In this document: positions 38,688-52,570 of the stretch, piece after piece | Layout: each line of letters begins with the position of its first letter | How positions within the stretch are numbered: position 1 is the stretch's first letter | Assembly: GCA_964016885.1 (NCBI GenBank) | Contig: OZ024744.1 | Coordinates: forward strand, 112,220,001-112,284,000 | Length of the DNA stretch: 64,000 nt | Reading direction: 5' to 3' | DNA from: Eledone cirrhosa | Lineage: Eukaryota | Translations under genes and position numbers: made by a program | The notes under the pieces: generated by a model | The model's database searches: none | Seen by the model: only the letters and a program-made list of their open reading frames with translations | What the model was told of the DNA's origin: nothing

Positions 38688-39745
38688 GTGGTGATGGTGG
38701 TGGTGGTGGAGGAGGTGGTGGTGGAGGAGGTGGTGGAGGAGGTGGTGGTGGAGGTGGTGGTGGTGGTGTTGTTGGTGTTGGTGGTGTGGTGGTGGTGTTG
38801 TGGTGGTGGTGTTGTGGTGATGGTGGTGGTGTTGGTGGTGGCGGTAGTGGTGATGGTGGAGGTGGTGGTGGTGGTGGTGGTGGTGATGGTGGTGGAAGAG
38901 GTGATGATGGTGGGGGTGGTGGAGGAGGTGGTGGTGGTGGTGTTGTTGGTGTTGTTGTTGGTGGTGGTGGTGGTGTTGGTGGTGGTGTTGTTGGTGGTGG
39001 CAGTAGTGGTGATGGTGGAGGTGATGGTGGCGGTGGTGGTGGTGATGGTGGTGGTGGTGATGGTGGTGGCAGTAGTGGTGATGGTGGAGGTGATGGTGGC
39101 GGTGGTGGTGGTGATGGTGGTGGTGGTGATGGTGGTGGAGGTGGTGGTGGTGGTGGTGTTGTTGATGTTGGTGGTGTTGTGGTGATGGTGGTGGTGTTGG
39201 TGATGGAGGAGGTGGTGGTGGTGATGGTGGTGTTGTTGGTGTTGGTGGTGGTGGTGTTGTGGTGGTGGTGTTGGTGTTGGTGGTGTTGTGGTGATGGTGG
39301 TGGTGGTGGTAGTGGTGATAGTGGAGGTGGTGGTGATGGTGGTGGAAGAGGTGATGATGGTGGGGGTGGTGGAGGACGTGGTGGTGGTGGTGGTGTTGTT
39401 GGTGTTGGTGGTGGTGGTGTGGTGACGATGGTGGTGTTGGTGGTGTTGGTGGTGGTGTTGTTGGTGGTGGCAGTAGTGGTGATGGTGGAGGTGATGGTGG
39501 TGGTGGTGGTGATGGTGGTGGTGGTGATGGTGGTGGTGGTGAAGGAGGTGGTGGTGGTGGTGGTGTTGTTGGTGTTGGTGGTGGTGGTGTTGGTGGTGGT
39601 GGTGGAGGAGGTGGTGGTGGTGTTGGTGGTGGTGTTGGTGGTGGTGTTGTTGGTGGTGGCGGTAGTGGTGATGGTGGAGGTGGTGGTGGTGGTGGTGATG
39701 GTGGTGGTGGTGATGGTGGTGGAAGAGGTGGTGGTGGTGGTGGTA
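38232..39745. repeat. 1.5-kb degenerate (GGT)n triplet array with higher-order duplications
   Basis: GGT/GAT/GTT triplets; block ggtggaagaggtgatgatggtggggg recurs near 38890 and 39340. Confidence 0.95.
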
Positions 39746-40396
39746 TTGTCAATTGGTTGAGGTGATTGGTGTGTCTAGCCACCAATGGCCTCAATTACGT
39801 GGCAATTTTCAACATTGATGATATAAAATATGACACCAAAAACACTGGAAATGAGTTGATAAATTCATATATCAAAAACAAAAAAGAAAACAAAAAAAAT
39901 GTAACAACAATAACAACAATATTTAAATATAAAAATATTTAGATATGAAAAACATATATAAAAAATAAAATAAGCATTCATTAAATCATTCTAAATTTCA
40001 ATGATTTGTCAAATTAAATTTCAAAATATTTGACCTGGCATATCAAAACATTTCTGTTTGAGAGGGAGGGAGGGAGGGGGGGGGGGTTTATGGTGCAAGA
40101 TCGTTTTAAACAACATTTTTACTCATATCTCCACTCCTTCAGGAATCCTGCTATGAGAACCTGTACAGTCCAGGCAAAAGGAATCTGGAATCCAACATAA
40201 GATTACTTGCAAGATAGTAGAAAGATCCAGACCTTACACCAATGGTACCAAGAGATGTTGCCTTAGTGAGAAATTTAGAATATTACAAGGTTTGTCAACT
40301 CTGAACAATAATTGTTAGAACTGACACAGCAGCAAAATGTTTTCACTAGCACTGACAGTTTGGCAGGTAAACAGTGAGCTGTACTGATGAAGGGTA

Positions 40397-40586
40397 ATAA
40401 TTGTTTCTACTTTAGGCACAAGGCCAGCAATCACCCAGTGCATTACTGGTACTTTATTTTATCGACCTCGTAAGGATGCAAGGCAAAGTCAACCTCGGCG
40501 GGATTTGAACTCACATCATAAAGGGACGTAACTATGCTGGAAAGCATGGCGTCCGACCCTCTACCGATACTCCCAATCCACCGCCT
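40397..40586 (-). mobile_element. SINE family A inserted in hammerhead stem II
   Basis: TSD tgaagggtaataat. Confidence 0.88.
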
Positions 40587-41015
40587 TGAAGGGTAATAAT
40601 ACCCAGAAACATTAGTGTCTGCAGTTCTGTTTACATGCCAACACAAGATCAAGTATGACGAGGTCATTCTACTGACGTGGCTTTAAAGAGGCTGTTTGCA
40701 TAATTGCAAATGAATCGAATATTATTTTTAATATTTGAAAAACTCAGATTACATTTATTGTATTCAGCCATGTAGAGCGATAAACTATTTGTTAGTTATT
40801 TGAATATGGCAAAACTGGCCATTAAGCACTCGTATACAGGAAACTGACTGGCCTATCTGCTGATATGCAAATCTGGCTGATCAGTGGATCTGCTAATATG
40901 CAGATCTGACTGATCAGCCAATCTGCTAATATGCAAATCATGTCGATCAGTCTCTGAGTATATTAGAAAATAGCATATATTTTCACTAGCTCTGACAGTT
41001 GGCAGGTGAACAATG

Positions 41016-41063
41016 AGCTGTACTGATGAAGGGTGATACCCAGAAACATTAGTGTTTGCAGTT
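41016..41063 (+). ncRNA. Type I hammerhead motif, intact core
   Basis: ctgta-CTGATGA-a-gggt(gat)accc-a-GAAA-ca(ttag)tg-TT-tgcag. Confidence 0.7.
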
Positions 41064-41110
41064 GACATGTCAGTAGAATGACTAAGTCATTCTACTGACA
41101 TGTATGTATG

Positions 41111-41148
<38 letters not shown>

Positions 41149-41194
41149 GATATATGTGTCTGCATGTATGTGTGTATTTGTATGTTTATGTATG

Positions 41195-41231
<37 letters not shown>

Positions 41232-41422
41232 ATGTGTATATATATATATATGTATATAGTTTATTATATGAACAGAGAACAAAAAACAGAGATGCAGCAC
41301 AAATGATATGGTTTTTGGTTTCATGCTATATATATATGTGTACATGTATGTATATATGTATATGTGTGTGTGTATATATGTATGTATAGGTGTATGTATA
41401 ATTATATATGTGTGTGTGTGTG

Positions 41423-41461
<39 letters not shown>

Positions 41462-41465
<4 letters not shown>

Positions 41466-43850
41466 CTGGGTCACATATCGACACCACCTTAAGCAATTGG
41501 AGCGTTTCCATCAGATGTGTCTGAGACGGATCCATGGTGTTCATTGGAGGGACCACATCAGTGATATTGAGATTTTGGAAAGCTCTATGTGTGACAGTAT
41601 AGAAGCTCTTGTGCTTAAGCAACGACTCCGTTGGAGTGGTCACCTTGCCAGGATGAAGGATTCTAGAATACCAAATATATACAGATACAAGTAGGAGTAC
41701 ATCAGGGTTTGGTCCTCAGCCCACTCTTGTTCATTATAGTCTTCCAAGCCATAACAGAGGAGTTTAAGACTGGCTGCTCATGGGAACTTCTCTATGCCGA
41801 TGATCTGATTCTTATAGCAGAATCAGTAGAGGAGCTAGAGAATAAATTCTGGCTATGGAAACAGCAGTTGGAATAAAGAGGTATGAGAGTGGACATAGCT
41901 TTGAAATGGGTGTGTTTTGCAAAACTCCTGATCTGCAAGTTGAGCATTGGGATAAAACAAAGAAGGGACCCAATCCTCCCTGCAAGCCTAACACCTACCT
42001 GAATACTGAAAAAAAAGGACAAGCCTAAAAGGTTACTCAACAAACAAATCCCAGATTGTGAGGTGTCTTGGGATAACTAGAAAGAAAAATGCTGCCAAAC
42101 AATTCTTTCATAAGAAAAAAGGAGAAGTAAAGATTGGTTTGAAGATAAGGAGCAAGAAATTCAGAGGCATCTGAAAGCTAAAAGACAGAGCAGCAATATA
42201 AAGGACCAAGTGATGAAATTATAAAACTCAAGAACTGGTTTCAACAAAAAGCCAACAACACTGAAAGATTTGTTCATAGAGTCCTAAAATCTGCACTCTC
42301 TTCAGTCAAAGAACGGTGGCCCTCTTTCAACATCTGAAGACATCAACGACAGATGCGTTGAACACTATAGTGAACTCCTCAACCAACATGCTGATGCTAA
42401 TTAGGAAATCCTTAATGAAATGGAGAAACAACCAATAATTAAAGAATTTGGCAACCCTATTACCATGAAAGAACTGAAAATCACTAAACTCAGGAAGAGT
42501 CCAGTTCCTGATGGAATAATCCCAGAGGTTTGAGTTGATGGTGGCAATGCCTTGAGATAATTTTTGTAATCTATTTTTTATTGGTTCTGGATCTCAGAAA
42601 GCTTACCATCTGATCTTATGGATGCTTACATTTCTATTCTTTTTAAGAAAGATGATCATAGTCTTTGTGCAAACTAGCATGTAGTGTGGTTGGGAAACTC
42701 TTTGCTAACATTATACTCCAGAGACTACAATGACTTGCTGAGAAATTCTACCCCGAGTCACAATCTGGATACAGGAGGTACCAATAGAGGCACCATAGAC
42801 AGTATCTTCACCTTACTCCAAATTATGGGCAAATGCAGAGAACAGCAGTGTAATTTATACATCGCCTTTATAGACTTCACCAAGGCTTTTGTATGACAAT
42901 TGAGAACTATTCTTTGGAATCCTGAGAAAGGTTGGCTGTCCAGCAAAATTTGTTAACATCATTAGGACTCTATATTTAAATATGAATGCTAGGCTTAATA
43001 TAGAGGGTGAATTGTCAAACCCTATCAACTACAATAGTGAGGTGAACCAAGGTTGCGAACTTGCCTCTACACTATTTGGGCTCTACACGGCTGTACTTCT
43101 GTTTATAGACTTCAAAGAGTCAGCTCCTCACACAGCATCACAGTACGCTTTAGATATGATAGTGATATTTTTGATCCTCGTCGCCTCAAGTCCAAGACAA
43201 AGATACTTCATGATTTCATAAGGGAGGTCCAATATGCTGATGACATCGCTGTTATCTGCATTGATCCCATTGTTCTACAGCAGCTGTTATCTACAGTGAT
43301 CCCTTTGCTCTACACCAACTGTTATCTGCAATGATTCCATTGGTTTACAGCAACTGTTATCTGCCTATAACACAGTTTCATTGAAAATGGGCCTTCGTAT
43401 CAACATTAAGAAGACTGAAACAATGAGTGTTTGAGTTGATTTTTTTCATTGATGGGTAAAAACTGGTGAGTGGAACGCTTCAAATATCTTGGCAGCTATA
43501 TCAACAAAGACTCTAATCTAGATGAAGAACTTAGTGCATGTATTCAAGCTGCCTCTTGTGCTGTAGGAAGAGTGAGAGTCTTTGAATCCAGGACACTGAC
43601 ATCTGAGACTAAACTTAAAGTTTATAACTAATGTGTGACTCCTCTCTTGTTGTATGGAAGTAAGACATGGACTCTCCATTGTTACCACATAAGACAGTAA
43701 AGAACAGCAAAAACACCTTACCTTCATTCTCAACATCAAATGGGACCACTTTGTCACAAACAATGAGTTACTGAAACATGCAAAAACTCCTGATACTGAA
43801 ACTATCCTTATAAGGAATAGACTCAGATGGGTTGGCCATGTTTTGATTTT
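41462..43850 (+). mobile_element. Decayed RTE fragments (BovB-like plus a short piece of the first family)
   Basis: LERFHQMCLRRI, RLRWSGHLARM, RGTIDSIFTL, FIDFTKAF, QYADD. Confidence 0.85.
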
Positions 43851-44350
43851 GAAAGCTAATAATTTCTTTATATTTTTGTTTTATTAACTCTGATGATTCC
43901 AATCTTTTGCTCATATAATTAACTAAATAATAATTAATGATATATCTGCTTAAGATTTGGAAGAAACGTGTTAATTTATTAAAATGCAATATAATTAATC
44001 ATTTTTGTCTAATTTATCATTGTAATATTTGTTCTATGGGTTTAGTTAAACACCTGCAAATAAGGATTTCATACAAACAGAATTGTATGTAGCCTTCTCA
44101 GTAGTTTATTGTAATAAATCTCATGTTTTGAGCTGTAATAATTTCTTCACCTACCCTTGTCTGTTTTCTTGTTAGAAAATCATCTTTTATAAACTATATA
44201 CATATATGTAATGTTTTTTTCTGTTTAAGCTTTTGCCATTATGAAACAGTAAAAGCTTAACTGTAGGGTAGGAAATTCTCTTATTATCTACTTTTCCTGA
44301 GTATTGAGTACTAAGTTGAATAATGGTCTGACTAGTCTTAACTAATAACA

Positions 44351-44412
<62 letters not shown>

Positions 44413-45139
44413 TGAGAAGCTAGAATAGTCTTAATTAGTAACGCACACACAGAGGGGGCAGAAGGAGAGAGAAAGAATGGTTTATGTATTTATATGGTGG
44501 TAGTAAATATGTATGGTGGAAAGGAGAGGGAAAGGGGATGGAAGGAGAGAGAGAGTTAGCTAGATAGGTAGAGGTCAGTGAATATATATGATGAGCTATA
44601 TTTAATTATTTAAGACACTCCTTAAGAAGAAGCATGATAATGTGTTGTTTTATATACGAAGACTATTACAGAGTAAGAGTACAATCAATACAGATTAGTT
44701 GTTTTTATTTCACTCTTGTAATATGAACAAATGACACAGTTTCATGGTCACACTAATACACACTTACAAAACATTACATATAGCCATACACACACACATC
44801 ATATATATATATATAATGAGAGAGAGCCGTAGATACACACACACACTCACACACACTGACACAGTTACACACACACATACATGGCTGCAACTATACAAGC
44901 ATATAGGTATGTACACACACACACGCATGCCACCACATAATCCCCCACATATGGGTGCCACCACATAATCCCCCTCACACATATGGGTGGCACAAACATG
45001 ACTATAGTCCTTCCAAAGATTTACATTGCCCTCTGCATATGTTGCAGTGATAAACATTACCTCCACTTTGGTTCCCTCTTTTGGTGAGTTTTCAAATGAT
45101 GTTGACATTGTTTTCCACACTTCCAACAGAAAGAAATGT

Positions 45140-47085
45140 CAAAGAGACCATAATTGGCAACATTTTGTATATGGCTTCTATGATGACTTCTAAGACCAGC
45201 TTTACTGAGGTAAACTTGGTCACACTCATTGCACATAAAGTCATTTTGAGCATTTGAAAATCCAGGTAAAGTGATATTGTGTTGACCCTTATGCTGACCC
45301 CTCTTTCATACTCCACACAAGATTTTTCAAATTCCGGTTTACCATTAAACATCCTCCAAGATGATTGATCTAAGGCAATGTCTTCCCAGTTATTTGATTT
45401 GTTAAAGCTCTTTTAACGCAGTCTTTATACCAGAGTTTTGATTTATGCTTTGGCCATTTGTCTTTGACTAACTCCATGCACAAAAACTGCTTAGGAATAC
45501 AATGATATCACATTCTTACAATATGGCTACTCCAGCACAATCTATAATGGAATTATGAGAGATTCAATACTTTCAAAATGACTTCATTCCAGCACTTCAA
45601 CAACGCTCATATGTGATTGCCAATGGATAGCAAGTATATGGTGAAGACACTGTTGATGAAAATGTTCATACATGTTTATATCTCGTTGTATGCATGCAAC
45701 AATGAAGACAATACACATGTTCTGTATACCTTGAACTTTGTATCAATGGAAATCCCACATCAACACCAGACACACCCATTTAATTTATCAAAAGAATCAC
45801 TTGATTTCTTTAGTTGCAAAGAGGCTTTTTTTCATGTTAGCTGTGCTGCCTAAATACACAAATTTGTCCACATCCTTCAATGTTTTGTCATACACATAAA
45901 AGCTAGTCTGTAAAATCCTTGCCTGGAACAGGTTGATACATGACAACCGTCTCAACCAGACTGATTGTCAGACCTAATGTCCTGCATGTCTCCAAAAAAA
46001 CAATCCATCAGGTGCTACATATCATTCTGGGTGTGAGCAAAAGATCTCAATAATCGGCATACAAAAATTCATCTATTAAGGCACACACACAGACAGAATT
46101 GATATGAACTTGTCTGAACAACCAAGCTTAATCAGAATTTTCCATAAGACAATCCTGTTCACTGTATCAAAAGCATTTGTTAAGTCAACGAAGATGTGAT
46201 ACAAATCCCTGATCAATGCACTTTTCCTATAGTTGTTTCACAGAGAAGATCATGTCTATTATCACTCTGCTACTTCTAAATCCACATTGCATCTTAGGAA
46301 GAACATTGGCAGTGCTGTTATCAAGCAATCTGTCCAGCATGACTTTTCCCACAACTGACAAGAGGACTATCACATGATAATTATGATAATTACCACAATC
46401 ATTCTTTGATTCTTTGAACCTTTTCCTTTATAAAGCACCATCATCAATGCATCTTTCCAGTCATGAGGAATGCTTTTTTCTTCCCAAACATTGTGTATCA
46501 GGTTTGTAAGAAGTCAAAGAACATTTTGACCTCCACATTTCAGTACCTCAGCGCAAATAACATCCTTTCCTGGAGATTTCCCATTATTGAGTTGTATTAC
46601 AGCCACTTCCACCTCCTCCAAGGTAGGACTTTCTGCTAGTACATCATTTGTAGGCCAACTAGGAATAGAATCAATAAACTGCCATTGATCTGAGAAGGCC
46701 CATTCAAAAGTTCATTGAAGCGTTCCCTCCATCTCAAAACGATGTCCTTTGGCTCTCTAAACAATTGGTGCCATTTCAAGATTTCAGAGGTGCTACTGCA
46801 GAAGAATAAGGACCATAGACTTCTCGTAATAAACGGAAAAGTAGCTTTGTACTTGTTGGCATCAACTGCAGCCAGAATCTCCTTTGCTTTACTTCTCTAG
46901 CGTGCATCTGGCATGTTACGGAGTTGATGCTATAACTTAGCCTTCACCTCCTTCAATAACATTTCCTCCCTTCCAGCTCCTTGCCCTCCTGTAAGAACTC
47001 TTATCATAGCTGTAGCTGTCTTCTTTTCATTAAGTAGCACTTCAATCTCTCTTCCTCAGTTTCATCAAACCGGTCTTGATGTTTC
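45140..47085 (-). mobile_element. Decayed RTE (BovB-like) LINE
   Basis: Minus-strand FVDLTNAFDTVNR, KSPGKD, LCWSSHIVRM and a C-terminal LDQ..W motif. Confidence 0.8.
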
Positions 47086-47193
47086 CTATTAATAATGTAT
47101 AAACACATGTATACATACTTGCATGACTAGATGCATGTATGTATACATATACATATATATATATATACACATACATACATACCTACATGCATG

Positions 47194-47225
<32 letters not shown>

Positions 47226-47229
47226 CACA

Positions 47230-47417
47230 CAGTGAAATTCTGTTATAATGAAATTCATGGGGTATAAAAAACAATTTGTTGGAACAAAAGATTCTTTATA
47301 ACAAGATCGACTGAAACAAAGCGAGTGTTTCTTTTTTATTAACTCAGGAATTGAAAAAAATTTTGTTATACTGAAAAATTCGTTATAATGGTATTTCTTA
47401 TAATGGAATTTTACCTG
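47230..47417. mobile_element. Tc1/pogo-like MITE
   Basis: Imperfect TIRs cagtgaaattctgttataa / ttataatggaattttacctg in TA-rich flanks. Confidence 0.55.
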
Positions 47418-47459
47418 TATATATAAATATACAAGTACAGATGTTGGCACTGACCACCT

Positions 47460-49335
47460 GACATGGAAAGGAGTGATTGGAAGGAATGGTGACCCCAATC
47501 TAAATATGAATGGAGAGGCCATATTAGACTTCTGTTCTAGCAATGGACTCTCTGTTATGAACACCTTCTTCCAGCACAGAGACATCCATAAATATACATG
47601 GTATAAGAGGAATCGAGGACAGAGATCAATAATTGATTTTTTTTATTGTCTCTGATCTCTCTGATTCTGTGCTGGATGTTTGTGTTAAGAGAGAAGCTGA
47701 GAAGTCAACTGATCACCATCTAGTTATCTGTAACTTGAGACTACCTAAAGCCAAAGAAGCCCACAATACTGGCAGGTCCAGGACAACCTACAGGATAATG
47801 TGGGAAGCACTGGCAGATAAGGAAATCATGACCGGGTATATAGATAATGTTGCATCCAAATTCAGAGAACTCTCTGAGTAAACAGAGGATGTTGAGACAG
47901 AGTGGAGATTGTTTAGCTCAGTAGTTAAATGCTGTTGGTTAAAGAAGCTTGGTGTAGCACTGGATGGCAAGAGTACCCCTTGGTTCAATCAAAAGGTCAA
48001 AGATGCCATCTGAGGAAGGAAGGAGGCTGCCAAAGTTTGGCTTGGAGATAAGTCCTCCTTCTTGCACATGCAGTATAATCAGGCACAAAGAATCGCAGCA
48101 GAGACAGTAAAGGCTTCCAAAGTTAAGTCATGGGAGGACTTTGGGGTTAAGCTGGAATCTAACTTCAGATCAGTAAATAAAATCTTCTGGCAGACCATCC
48201 TCCCATTTTGTAATAAGAAGTCCTCCTCCACACCTGCTACTAAAAATGTGACTGGGGTTCTCCTTTCTTCAGAGCGTCTTCGGATGTACACAAGGTGAAT
48301 CTGGGAGCAGTGAATAATCTCTCAGAGGCTGAGGTCACGAGCAGTTAAAGAGCTCAAATGTGACAAGGCCACTGGGGGAAGATGAAATCCGGCCCAAGAT
48401 TTTAAAAGCCTTAAATAGAGAATGTATTCTCTGGCTGACTCATGTGTGCCGGGTGGCCTGGATTTCTGGAAAGGTACCTAAGAAATGGCAATCAGGAGTG
48501 AATTTTCAAAAAGGGAGACAAGAGGGATTGTTCCAATTACAGAGGGATCTCCTTGTTAAGCCTCCCTGATAAAGTCTATGCTAAGTGTCTGGCAAAGAGA
48601 TATAAAGAGATTGTCAAGTCCGAACTAGCTGATGAACAGTGTGGATTTCATCCCAGTGACATAACAGCTGACCAAATATTCACACTGTAGGTGGTCTTCG
48701 AAAAATTGTGGGCGTATTGCCAAGATGTATATTCTTATTTTGTCGAACTTGAGAAGGCATATGGCCATGTTTCTTGGGACCTGCTGTGGAAGGTTCTGCA
48801 AGGTGTAAAATCAGTTGGAATTTGTAGTTATTTAACTTGACAGAAGGTGATCTCTGATTTGCACTCGATAGGTTTGATGCTGGGAGCTGCATGGCTGGAA
48901 TGAAAATCAGTGCTGTGAAAACTGAGACACTCATCCTCTCAAGGAAGCCTGCGCAGTGCACTTTACATGTAAACGGAGTTCCACTGAAGCAGGTAGAGAA
49001 GTTGAAGTATCTCGGGGTCATGTTCACGAGTGATGAAAGGCAGGAGGCTGAATTAAGTGCAAGAATTGCAGAAGCTGGTGTAGTAATGCACTAGCTTCAG
49101 CATTAGGCAGTCAGAAGAAGGGAGGTAGGCTTAAAAGCCAAACTTGCTATCTTCAATTCAGTATTTGTGCCAACCCTTACCTATGGTCATGATCTTGGGT
49201 AATGACTGAAAGAATATGATCACGAATACAAGTGGCTGAAATGGGATTCCTCTGAAGGGTCTTTGGAGTAAGGTTACTTGATAGAGTGTGTAGCTCGGAG
49301 ATCATAGAGTCACTTCAGGTAGAGCTGCTACTTCT
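47460..49335 (+). mobile_element. Decayed RTE-clade LINE (third family)
   Basis: NTFFQHRDIHKYTW, SIIDF, TDHHLV, NYRGISLL, KYLGV. Confidence 0.85.
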
Positions 49336-51065
49336 TTAAATGTTTGAGCACTGTGCCTCTACAGTGGTGATGGGGAGGAGGAGAAGAAGAGCAGCAGCAC
49401 AACAATAAAAGGTATACTTAATACAGAACATTAAAAATAATAAAAGATAATTTTGAAGTAATAAAAGGAGATAGTGATGGTAAATGTCAATAAACAAGTA
49501 ATTCAGTGCAAACAGCCATGATATTGTTGTTTGGGGATAGGGAAGAAGACTCCTGCTTTGCTGTAGAGGTCATCATCTGAGCAGGTGTGTGGCTAAGGTT
49601 TAGTATATGGAGAGTTAATGCACAACTTACAGCACTTGTATCCAGGTTATATATTCTCATTTCAACTAATTATCATAAATGTACTGGGTTATGTCAGAAG
49701 ACATAAAAGACATGAAATACAGAGGTTTACCAAGAATCAACAAAACAGACACACATTCTCCAACTCAAATCAATTGTCAATACTGTGAAGATTCACCATT
49801 TGCATTTCCTGGAACAAATATGTACACACTATCATGTATGTGTATATACGGCATGAAATGGACCTACATCTGTTTCAACAATGAGTCATCTAGATGTTCC
49901 AGTTGTCCTAGATGTCACTCAGTGGGATTGAAACCTGGGTTTTCATTATTGTAAAGCAACCTTCTTAACCATTCAGGGCCATAATAAGGCAGACACACAC
50001 ACAAAGGAAATCAGTCATAGATAACAAGTATATCCACATACAAACATATATATATATATGTATACATATATATCATATTTCTAATGAAAGACAATGCCTA
50101 TGGTTTTATGATTTTCAAATCAATTTGAAAATAATCAACAATTTCGTTGATGTTTGGAATATAACAAAGGTTCTACGTAAAATTATGATGGAAGGTTTTT
50201 CGATAAATATAAACACTTTGAAACTATTGCCCTTTTCTTCTATCACACTATCACACTAAACTGTTTGTTTTAAAGGGTTAACTCCTTTCTTCATCAATAT
50301 ATGCATAAAATAAAGTCAATTAGGAAGCCTCTATCTGGCAACTCAACTTGCTAGATATAGTAGCGATGTTTCCCTCAAATCTCACCAAACCATACTGACT
50401 TGAAAAGAAAGTAAATGAAAAACACATTGGATATTACGTATCTATAAACCTGTGACAGGCTTGATGGTCATATCTGGAATGCCTTTGATCATAGGTTTAC
50501 TCATTCAAGGTTTACCTGTGGCTCAACTACAATATAATGAAGACCTATATATGAATATAAATGAATATAATATGAAGTTAATATATTCTAGAAGAATTCA
50601 GGCTCGTCATTTGCATGCTGATGGCTTTAATTATAGCCTAATTACTGTCTTGTTAAATAAATAAAAAAACAAAAAAATAAACCATATGAAATCAGTAAAA
50701 CAACAGACTTTGTACACAGTCCATGATCCGAGGTCACCCCCCCCCCCCCACTATTTCTCTAGTTCCTCTAAAATCCATCCTAACAACATACTTCAGATAA
50801 GGATACTTAAACTTAAAGTTGGTGTGTAAAAACCTTAAAATGTTTTCAAACATTTATGCTTTTATTCTTATATTCTTTAACTGGTTTCAGTCATTAGACT
50901 GTGGGCCATGCTGGAGCACTACCTAGATTTAACCAATTATATCATTCCTATTTGTTCAAGTGAGGTACTCATTTTATTGACCTTTTTGTTGAACTACTAA
51001 GTTATAGGCCATAAACACAGACACACATGTAAATATAGACATTGGTACACACACACACACACACT

Positions 51066-51110
<45 letters not shown>

Positions 51111-51186
51111 CGAATGAAAAGTGGTAAGGGACCAGGTGGACCATAACGCACCAAAGTACTCAATACTTAGGGTAGTAGAGTGGGTA

Positions 51187-51302
51187 ATAGGAGTAAGTAA
51201 GACCCCGACGGCTGAGCTCAAGCCGTTTCGACGGCTAATTCTGTACTGAATTAGCCGTCGAAACGGCTTGAGCTCAGCCGTCGGGGTCTTACTTACTCCT
51301 AT
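51187..51302. repeat. Perfect 116-bp hairpin built from a hammerhead 3' half
   Basis: 55-bp arms, loop tgtact; right arm reads gtc-GAAA-cggct(tgagctc)agccg-TC-ggggtc. Confidence 0.9.
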
Positions 51303-51315
51303 ATATATATATATA

Positions 51316-51645
51316 TCATCATCATTTTACGTCCACTTTTCCCTGCTTGCAAGGGTGGGACGGGAACTGATTCTGGCTTGATTTCTACAGCTGGATGCCC
51401 TTCCTAACACCAACCTCATTTACAGTGAGTGGTGGGTGCTTTTTTTGCCGTGGCACCTCCACGACCACTTTGCAGTGGAATGATAGGGACACCTGTCCCT
51501 ATCATCTCATCTCTACAGCTGAGTAAACTGGAGCAATGTGAAATAAAGTGTCTTGCTCAAGGAAACAACACATCACCCGGTCTGAGAATTGAACTCACAA
51601 CGTTTCGATTGCAAGGCCAATGCTCTAACCACTAAGCCATGTGCC

Positions 51646-51646
<1 letters not shown>
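51316..51646 (-). mobile_element. SINE family B
   Basis: Family similarity. Confidence 0.9.
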
Positions 51647-51687
<41 letters not shown>

Positions 51688-52570
51688 CAGGGCGAGGACG
51701 ATATTTGTTCGCAATTTTCAACTGCTAATTTTATGCAAATTTTTTTTTATTTCCGTTGTCACTCTTGTCTTCATAAAAACAGTGACTATATTTCCATTAT
51801 TTATTTTCAGAATAATTGATTATGAATTATTTTGAACCTCCAAATTTGTGGATGAGACACGGAGATCTTATTGGAATCCGTGCTGGGAGGACAAATAAGA
51901 CCAGAATATCAATTCCCAGCACAACAAGTGGCTCGCTCTCTCATCCAAAGACGTGCCCAGAGTCATGCAGACAAAGTTTCCAGCGACAACATTGGTCTTA
52001 GGTGTCGTCAGCAGTCAAGGTGACATCATGCCACCTCACTTCTTCCCTGAGGGCCTCAAGCTGAACACATCCGCATTCTGAGTGAAGTAGTAAAACCCTG
52101 GATTGACCAGGTAGCTGCAGGTAGGCCGTACATGTGGCAGCAAGACTCAGCACCCTGCCATACCAGCCGAAAGACCTAAGCCTGGCTGTCAGAGAACTTC
52201 ATCGACCACACTTCACCTGACATCTGGCCTCCCAGCTCGCCTGACTGTAACCCCCTTGACTTCTTTGTGTGGGGCGCAGTGGAACGAGACACCAACAGAT
52301 CTAGCTGCAATACGAAAGACGATCTGAAGGCCAGGATCACAAGTGCCTTTAGGAGCCTAAGTCTGGAGACAGCGACGAAGACCTGTAGCCGGTTCCGAGG
52401 CCGCCTTGAGACCGTCATCAAAGCCAATGGCGGGTTTATCGAGTGAGATCGAAAGAACAAGTCATGAAGACAAACTGACCCAAGTTTGATAAATAAATCT
52501 TAAAAAATAAAACTACTGTGTTATTTTTTCCTAGACAGTAATCTTGCGAACAAATATCGTCCGCACCCTG
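51688..52570 (+). mobile_element. Tc1/mariner DD37D (maT-type) transposon, internally deleted
   Basis: 27-bp TIRs caggg..ggacgatatttgttcgcaa, TA flanks; WQQDSAPCH...WPPSSPDCNPLD with 37 residues between the Asp residues and one in-frame stop. Confidence 0.9.

Larger units (their letters stand above)
40190..41100 (+). mobile_element. Penelope-like 3' end with two direct pLTR copies
   Basis: ITCKIVERSRPYTNGTKRCCLSEKFRIL...STLN (PLE endonuclease C-terminus); pLTR copies at about 40341-40677 and 40981-41100. Confidence 0.72.

Noticed and set aside
38204-39794. 518-aa and 485-aa Val/Gly- or Pro/His-rich ORFs
   Set aside because: Stop-free translations of a (GGT)n array open on both strands, with phase slips; no domain.
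13368-49954. Similar CxxCxDxP peptides near 13370-13450 (-) and 49770-49800 (+)
   Set aside because: Short, on opposite strands, with weak splice support; likely chance.
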